This document shows, piece by piece, positions 55,600 through 64,000 of a stretch of DNA of 64,000 nucleotides. Positions within the stretch are counted from its first letter, which is position 1, and every line of letters begins with the position of its first letter. This DNA is from Octopus vulgaris. Lineage: Eukaryota. The stretch covers positions 10,540,001-10,604,000 of the forward strand of contig OX597818.1 of assembly GCA_951406725.2 (NCBI GenBank). Reading direction: 5' to 3'. The position numbers and the translations under genes are program-made. Under the pieces are notes generated by a model that did no database searches, was not told the DNA's origin, and saw nothing but the letters and a program-made list of their open reading frames with translations.

Positions 55600-56250
55600 C
55601 ACACACAATCACACACACAAACATATACACAGATATATATATACATATACACACGCCCACACAGCTACATACACACACATACATACACACATACACGGAC
55701 ACACCCATACATACTTACATACATACACCTATACACACACGCCTACACACCTACACACACACATGCACACACACACACATGTACGCACATACACACACAT
55801 ATACGCACACACATATATACCCACACACATGCACACACACACACATACGCACATACATGCACGCATGCACACGCGCACACCTACACGCATACACACACAC
55901 ACACGCACGTACACATACATACATACACACACGCATACATACACCCATACACATACATGCATCCTACACACACATACATACACACTCACACATACATACA
56001 CACACACGCACTCACTCACACACCTGTATGTTCGCGCACACACATGCACATACACACACTTCCCCACACCCACACGTACATACATACACACTCATACACA
56101 CATACACACACACACACACACACGGACATACATCTATGCACACACATATATACACACATACTCACATACATTCATCGGACACACTGCCACCCAGACATAC
56201 ACACAGACACACTCACACATCCACACGCACACATACGTACGCGCACACTC
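55600..56250. repeat. Degenerate (CA)/(CATA) low-complexity tract
   Basis: Direct reading. Confidence 0.9.
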
Positions 56251-56992
56251 GCAGGCTCGCGCACACACGCGTTTGCGCCGGTTCGCGCACGCATGCGCCC
56301 GCATGCACCTCGCCCTTGGATCCGACGAGACCTCCCGCCCGTTCCTGGGATGTCGCGTGTCGTTGGGTTTTCCCACGCCCGTCTCCGCGGGACCACTCCT
56401 CCATCTTCCCCTCCGCTGGAGTCCTTTTCCTAAACCCCCCCCCCTTTTTTTTTTTTCGTTACACACACGCGCACACATATACACACATTGCTTAAACATA
56501 TACCTCACTCTTACACACATTCAATCTACTCGCCACTAATACTACCACGACACTGGACACACACACACACTACCACTCAACACACGCTGGCACGCTACAT
56601 ACGCCCCCACCCCTTCCCCTCCCTCCCTTCCTCCTTCCTCCCTTTTCTCACTACTGACCTTTGTCTGCTATGCTGCTGCTATGCTGACCACCGTCTCGCC
56701 CTACCTCACACGCCTACACACAGACGCACACACTAACACATACATATATTTTTTGTTTTTTTACCTCGCCTCACACACACACATACACACACGCACACGC
56801 ACACACTCACACATACACACACATCTGTTGCGTTACCAACCTTGTCTCCACTCTTTTGCCTTTAAAAACCCACTTTGCTCTTGTTATCGTAAACATCCGC
56901 CTTTCACCATGTGCTTCTGCTAACACCAGCCGTTTTTTTCTCTATCTCCGTTGCCCGCTCCGGGATCTTTCTTTCCTCTCTCTTCCTTCTTT

Positions 56993-57030
56993 ATGTTTCC
57001 GACGAAGAGCTCCGCTCGAAACGTCATACC
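56993..57030 (+). ncRNA. Ultra-minimal hammerhead-like motif with variant core, in a probable Penelope-like remnant ending at (TA)n 57120
   Basis: tgttt CCGACGA a gagc tcc gctc GAAAC GTC atac. Perfect 4-bp stem II, GUC triplet, no stem III loop, U4-to-C core change, weak stem I. Confidence 0.5.
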
Positions 57031-57115
57031 TTCCTGCTTCCATTTCCTGAGCGCCTATTAATAATAATACTGTAATTGTTCCCTTGTTGTTGTTTTTTTG
57101 TTTCCCGTTTGGATT

Positions 57116-57158
<43 letters not shown>

Positions 57159-57161
<3 letters not shown>

Positions 57162-57556
57162 TGAAAATTTGTTATGGGTATTACAGGATAAAATCCTATA
57201 TAAACCCAACTAACAGTTAAAAAACGGAGAAGAGATGCTAAGAGTTTTTATAAATTTTTAATCCATACGATCGTTTCGAATGTAAGAAAGCATGTAAGAA
57301 AGCATGGAAAAGATTAAATTAATTATAATAATAATCAAAATAGTAATTAAATTAATTTAATTAGGTATTACCATTCACTTCAGTGGAAAAAATTAATAAA
57401 ACATCAAAAAAGCTATTAACAAAAGAATATTGCAATAACGCCAGGGCACAGAAAGTGTGTCTATAGCCAGCTGGAGGAGGTGTCCTCCTGGGGCTACAAA
57501 CTACAGTAGCATCCACCCTTAGGGGTTAGCCATATTTAAATGGCAAATAATATACG

Positions 57557-57560
<4 letters not shown>
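57159..57560 (-). mobile_element. Penelope-like remnant between two (TA)n tracts
   Basis: About 400-bp block bounded by (TA)n at 57120-57158 and 57561-57617, containing the hammerhead below. Confidence 0.55.
57262..57387 (-). ncRNA. Type I hammerhead motif with a very large stem II loop and one core substitution
   Basis: Minus strand: tcca CTGAAGT gaatggtaa [about 80 nt AT-rich] ttacattc GAAAC gatc GTA tgga. Stem I is tcca/tgga and the stem III loop is the palindrome GATC. The core reads CUGAAGU rather than CUGANGA. Confidence 0.65.
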
Positions 57561-57620
<60 letters not shown>

Positions 57621-57844
57621 CAACGGACTTCTTTCAATTATTTTCGGCTACCGAATCTACTTACAAGATTTTTGTTGGGGCGATGCTGTAATAAAAAGAA
57701 CTCTAGCCTAAGGTGTCACGCAGAGGGACTGGAAACGGATTTTTTTACCACATAGCCATGCCTGGCTATAAATGGCTGTTATTCCACAAAGAGCTTCACC
57801 TTTAATAATCTTCAGAATAATCGGCTTGATTATATGTGGTAAGT

Positions 57845-58140
57845 GGAGGTGCGTGGCTTAGTGGTTAGTGTATTACACTCATGATTGACAGATTGTGGTT
57901 TTGATTCCTGGACTGGGCGGTGAATTGTGTTTTTGAGCAAAACACTTCATTTCTTGTTGCTTCAGTCCACTCAGCTGGGAAAAGGATCAATTCCGTGATG
58001 GAGCGTCGTCTCGTCCACTGTGGGAAATATGTAAATCACAGAATCCGAGAAACCGGCTTTATGGCTCGGATGGACCTCTTTGGCTCGGGATGGACCTCTT
58101 TGGCTCGGGAAGGACCTCTGACCGTTTTCTTTTTTCTTAT
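57845..58140 (+). mobile_element. tRNA-derived SINE family C
   Basis: A-box tggcttagtggtt, B-box-like ggttttgattcc, body ttgagcaaaacacttcatttc..gttgcttcagtccactcagctgg, and an internal 20-bp tandem repeat ggctcgggatggacctcttt. Confidence 0.7.
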
Positions 58141-58342
58141 TTCTTGTGAGCGCATGACAAGGTTGGCCGTTCGAATTCCATTCACACTCCATCTGTAGAG
58201 CTCCCTTGAGCTTCCGCGTTGTAAGATTAACCCAGAATTTTGTGACGATAAAGTAAACTTCGTAAATATTCAGCCATGTCATTGTAAACGTATGTGCATC
58301 GAATACAACTACACTCTGCATAGCTACATAGATATAGTGAAA

Positions 58343-58385
<43 letters not shown>

Positions 58386-59279
58386 TGTGCTTACAAGTCA
58401 TAAATATATACCACAGACCAAACATACCAAGAGCTACAGAAGCATACATTCATACGGAGATACATACCATTATGAAGAATATAAAGAAAAGTCAGGAGGT
58501 ATGAGATGAATATATTTATTTCACCAGATGATATCCATAGGATGACGGCCGTTTCACAGCCAACATTATGCAAAAGTAATTTATTTTAGTGCATAATAAA
58601 TTACTTTTCATGCCTGCACTAATGTGGATGTTATAAATTGCATAGTACTATTGTACAAAGCAAGTCAAATATAGAATTATATATGCAGGTATACAATTAT
58701 ATAGATGTATATACTGATAGATGTATATATACACAGAAACGGTAACTGAAGTATTCACATACAGAAAGACATTAACACATGTCTGCATACACACAAAAAT
58801 ATATAATGCAAGCACACACGCATTTACATACATAGACATATGCATAAAATACACAAATACATTCACTTGCACATACCCAGGTAGATACAAACACAGATAT
58901 ATACACATAGACATACATATACAAACACAGCTACACATGAACCTGCACAAACAAATAAGCAAGTATTCACACAAGCATCTACACGCAAACACACACTCGT
59001 ACAGATATAAATACACAATTACATACATAGATACACATATATGCAGACGCTCACATTCACACAAATATACACACACATACGATACATAAGCATATACGGT
59101 CAGTTACATACAAAGACGCACACTCATATTTATATGCACATTCACATAGGGGCAGATACACACAGACACATTTCTACATACGCAGATACACACTATACAC
59201 ATAAAGGAATTACATAGGTACTGCATACGTTTACGTACACACGCATATAGATAGATAAGTAGAGAGAGAGAGGGGTAGG

Positions 59280-59372
<93 letters not shown>

Positions 59373-59508
59373 TACGTACATGCAAACTTACAATTACATA
59401 TTTACGTTCATACACACACACACACATAATTTCATTAATAAACAGATATATTCGATGCACATCCACTTGTATAGACACACAGCGCAGCGCAATATTCCCC
59501 TTCCTTAC

Positions 59509-59608
59509 GCCACCGACATCAATCATCTCCCGGCGGCACTCCCGCTGTTTCAGTTCTACTCTGTAAGGATGGCCTCTTAATTATAGGGATGTGGTTATGT
59601 GATTCATA
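59509..59608 (-). CDS. Candidate exon (100 nt, or 52 nt from 59560)
   Basis: Acceptors cttgcgtgcctccatag| (59608) or catccttacag| (59560); donor GGC|gtaagg. Reads YESHNHIPIIKRPSLQSRTETAGVPPGDD* or VELKQRECRREMIDVGG. Confidence 0.3.
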
Positions 59609-61452
59609 CTATGGAGGCACGCAAGACGGACGACACGTCATCAAGTCTGCATCATATTTGATGGCAACGGCGGCGATGAAGGGATGGGGGGGAGAAAGAG
59701 CAGGTGAGGACGAGGTGGGTTTTGCAAGGTGGTAAGATGGTGACGTGGGTGAGTGGGAATGGGTGGTTGGAAGGAATCACAGATATGGCAGCCTGTGGTG
59801 CGGTGTGTGTCGCGTGTGTGTATAACGACGCGCGTGCGAGTGAATGTGTGTGTGTGTGTGTGTGTATGTGCGTGCATATATGTGTGTGTGTGTGTGTTTG
59901 GTGACATGTGTAAAGTGTGCGATGCGTGCAACAACTGAAACTGCAGGAACGACAGCAGCAGCAAATGCAATTGCATTAGCAACAATATCTACAATGTTAT
60001 GTTGTTGCCATGCTGTCGTTGTTGTTGCTGCTGATGCTGCTGCTGCTGTTGTTGTTCTTGTTGTTGCTATTTGGTGTTGGTGTTGTTGTTGTTTAGCCCA
60101 AGGCTAGTTTCGATAAACGTCTTTGATCATTACTTAGGTTGGATACGATCAAAGACGCTCAAATCATGACAATATTTCATATTATTTTTCCCAATGTAAT
60201 TTGTATCCAAACAATTAGCCAATATTTTCTTTTTCAAGATGATACCGTTGTGGCTTGAGGATGATTTTGGCTGCTATTTCTACGAGACCGAGTGATCATT
60301 TGTATCATGACATCGTCTACTACAACTTACCAGCGAGGGAGCATCTACGTAGATGTAATACAAATAACAACTAAATCTCCCTCAAATCACATCGAGCAGA
60401 TTTTTAAAAAGGAGCATATAGTATCACATAGATCTTGGTTCTCTACATTTAAGGGTAATTTAGGGATTGTCGCTCAGGGTTGGCTAAGCAACAACAACAA
60501 CAACCCCATCATCATCATCAACATAACAACAACAATCTAACAGCGATGCAACCAGATCTGTCTACTTCTACGAGATTGCTCGTCAAAAATGCCAACCAAA
60601 TCCTCCTCTACTTACACCCTAGCGTCTTGAAAATGGAGGACATGCAGTAAATGTATTCACACATGTGCAATATCCGAGGATAAAAATCGAGAAAGCCATA
60701 GGTAGAACATCATTTATCATAGCTGTTTCCAGCCAGCGCTGTTTGCCGTATCAGGTTAACCTGGGACTAAACAACAACAAACCAAACATGTTGATTTATC
60801 TTTTTTTTTTATACTTGATTCTGTCTTTAGACTATGGCTATGCTGTGATACCACCTTGAAGAGTTTTTGTCGAATTAATCGACCTCGGTACCTATTTTCT
60901 TTTTGCTGTAACTCGTGTTGAAGTAGCAGAATGGTTTCAAATCGAATTGAATTGAGATTTGAAATTTCTGAGGCCAAAGAACTTGGCCACAAGAAGTGTA
61001 ACTCGGATAAGTTTGATTAACTTGTGTTGCATTCAGCATATGATTCCACGCCGACGATGTTTTTTCTAGGCGTGTTGGGTTATTTCCATTCCTTCATAGA
61101 TTAAGTTGGTATTTGATCCAGATAGATGCATAGTAAGTAGTCATTGCTTTTGTTTCAAAAGAACCCTGCACTGCGCTATCATATTATTTGTGTTATTTTA
61201 AGTGCAATACTTCATTTAGTTTAAGAAAAAAGTAGCTGATAGATTTTGTTGTTTTACTAACTCCGTACTAACCCACCGATTTTTGTACAATGCTACAACC
61301 ATCACACATATACGCTTCGAAGCGCAGTTAAAAGACACACAGCGTTGTCAAGCGGCACCAGAACTTGAAAGCCAGGAACATTTCATACGAACTTTGATAG
61401 TGTGCGCGTGCATGTGTGTGCTTATGCGTGTGATTTACACACACACACACAC

Positions 61453-61528
<76 letters not shown>

Positions 61529-62160
61529 AACACACACACACTAGCACAAATATACATATGGATACATACATGTATTTATCATTGTTTTGCTGACAGCAGC
61601 TTTTGAATTTTCGCCAGTGGTGTCTTATGCAGTTCGAATATGCTATAAACGAGGTAACTTTGAATTCACTATCAACGAAATAATACATAAATATATTCTA
61701 CATTGTATTGACTCCTTTATTTATCCAGTCGGTGTCTGCTGATTTTATGCGTTTACAGTCCCTTATCTTGAACTGTGTGATGTATGATAAAGATATGTAT
61801 GTGCAAACACCTGCGCGTGCGTACGCATGTATGTATGTGTGCGTGTATGTATCAATGGAGAATGACAGAATTGATTCAGCGATAAAATACAGTCAAGCAT
61901 TTGGATGCTTCCCTTGCAGGATCGATAAAATAATATCTGACAAAGGATTGAATGAGATATAACCGACTAAAATCTCTGAAAGTATTAAAAAAAAACAGAC
62001 TGGGTCCTTTATGACTGTGAAGTTTTAATACCATGCTACTAATTGTTCAAATTAATTTGGCATAGAATTTGCTCTCTCCGCCCCGTTCTCTCTCTTTCTC
62101 TATCTCTCTCACTCTATCTATCTATCTCTATTTATCTATCTATTTTATTTATCTATCTAC

Positions 62161-62552
62161 TCTTTTACTCTTCTACTTGTTTCAGCCATTTCACTGTGGC
62201 CATGCTGGAGCACCGCCTTTAGTCGAAAAAATCGACCGCAGGACTTATTCTTTGTAAGCCTAGTACTTATTCTATTGGTCACTTTTGCTGAACGCTAGTT
62301 ACGGTGACGTAAACACACCAGCATCGGATGTCAAGCGATGTTGGGGGAACAAACATAGACACACAAACATATACACACACATATATATATACATATATAC
62401 GACGGGCTTCTTTCAGTTTCCGTCTACCAAATCCACTCACAAAGCTTTGGTCGGCCCGAGACTATAGTAGCAGACACTTGCCCAAGGTGTCACGCAGTGG
62501 AACTGAACCCGGAACCATGTGGCTGGTAAACAAGCTACTTACCACACAGCCA
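62161..62552 (-). mobile_element. SINE family A, full length
   Basis: Complete reverse complement of family A. Confidence 0.93.
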
Positions 62553-62920
62553 CTGCATTATTTATTTATTTATCTATCAAGAAATAAATGCCAATAATAT
62601 AATTGCGTATGTGTGGTTGTCTTTATATCACATTCAGAAAAAGAAGCTTTACACCTTTTCAAAAAAATTCTTGTTTTAATTCCTGTGTTGCAGAACCGGT
62701 AGAGCGCTTGACAAAAAGCCTTTAGTTATTTGGCTTCTGTTCGTTCACTCTCTGAGTTAAAATCCCACCAAGATAAACGGTGCTTTTATTGAAGCCGAAA
62801 AGAGAACCATCATTTCTTGAAATATAATCGGTTACCTTTGAAAATTTGTACTACACCGCCACAATCCAATGTCTAAAACTAGGAAATGAAAGTAAAAATC
62901 TATACAAACTCATACACTCC

Positions 62921-62954
<34 letters not shown>

Positions 62955-62964
62955 TGCATATAAA

Positions 62965-63028
<64 letters not shown>

Positions 63029-63801
63029 GAAGACGAATCTGTATGAATGTGAGTCCATATGATATTTGCGTGCATATCTATCAATAAATATCACATACAT
63101 GTTTTCACACTCACTCCTATTGATGCATTCAGTGACAAATACATGTGGAGGTGGGGGAGTGAGAGAGTCAATGAAATGTGTGAATTAAGAATATATATAT
63201 CAATGTCTATGGTTATGCATGTATGTATGTGTCATCACACCTATGCCCACGCCTACCAATCTTTTATAACACATAAACGCATGTTCATATACATGCACAC
63301 ACATACACACATACACACATACATATGTTAAATTATATACACACATTTATTTATAAATACATATATTTCTTTATATACGTGTGACTATACATGTTGTATG
63401 TGAACACGCTTGTCCTCGTCCGAGCGTGTATGCTTCATCAAACATACATTTACACGCCTACTGACCTCTTCTAGAGCACACACAGACACTCACATGTAAT
63501 AATGAGTGAGTGTAGTTGATAAAAGCAAGCCACCCATTACTTTAGCAGAGCCCAAACCTACTCACGGTCAATAAACTATGTACACCCGATTAGCTTTCTC
63601 TGCCATCCCATCGACACAACTTTGGTGTGGGACCATCTTTACAACAAAATTGTTGAAGCGACAGTAAAAGGCGACAGCTGGCCAGGTGATAGCTGTCCGC
63701 ACGTTTTATTTACACATGAATTATTTTCTTCTAACTGGACAGTTACACAGAAAAAAAATAAGAGTTTACAAAAGATATGGCGGCCATTTTACTACTTGAT
63801 A

Positions 63802-63803
<2 letters not shown>

Positions 63804-63891
<88 letters not shown>
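63804..63891. repeat. (TAT)n microsatellite
   Basis: Direct reading. Confidence 0.98.
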
Positions 63892-63892
<1 letters not shown>

Positions 63893-64000
63893 TTACTTTA
63901 TTATAAAATGTTATTTTATTCATTTTGAAATGTTATTTTGTTAGAGTTGTGTACCAATGTGTAAAATGTCTTCCAGGTTATCTTATTTTATATATCATAT

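Noticed and set aside
59509-59526. MIDVGG resembling the G-alpha DVGGQ motif
   Set aside because: No following QRSERRKW, and no other G-alpha motifs nearby.
63557-63600. Minus-strand donor gtgagt
   Set aside because: Context looks like a DNA-transposon terminus and no coherent exon lies upstream.

Overview
This is AT-rich, microsatellite-saturated eukaryotic DNA. Its tRNA-derived SINE families and repeat style resemble Octopus (coleoid cephalopod) genomes; that assignment is an inference from recall, not a database result. No intact long gene is present, and almost every ORF in the track is a microsatellite or SINE artefact. Supportable content: (1) a decayed RLE-type (HERO/NeSL-like) non-LTR retrotransposon fragment nested in a hAT-type MITE, which in turn splits a SINE; (2) decayed RTE-like LINE pieces; (3) a probable solo LTR carrying NRF1/ETS/YY1-type motifs inside a 20-bp minisatellite; (4) dozens of SINE copies from at least three families, several in inverted pairs; (5) several Penelope-type minimal hammerhead ribozyme motifs in small elements embedded in (TA)n; (6) a pre-miRNA-like hairpin at 45.1 kb; (7) very long tetranucleotide arrays; (8) a few low-confidence short minus-strand exon candidates, suggesting the window may be intronic to a large gene. 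Repeat boundaries were read by eye and are approximate unless a motif is quoted.
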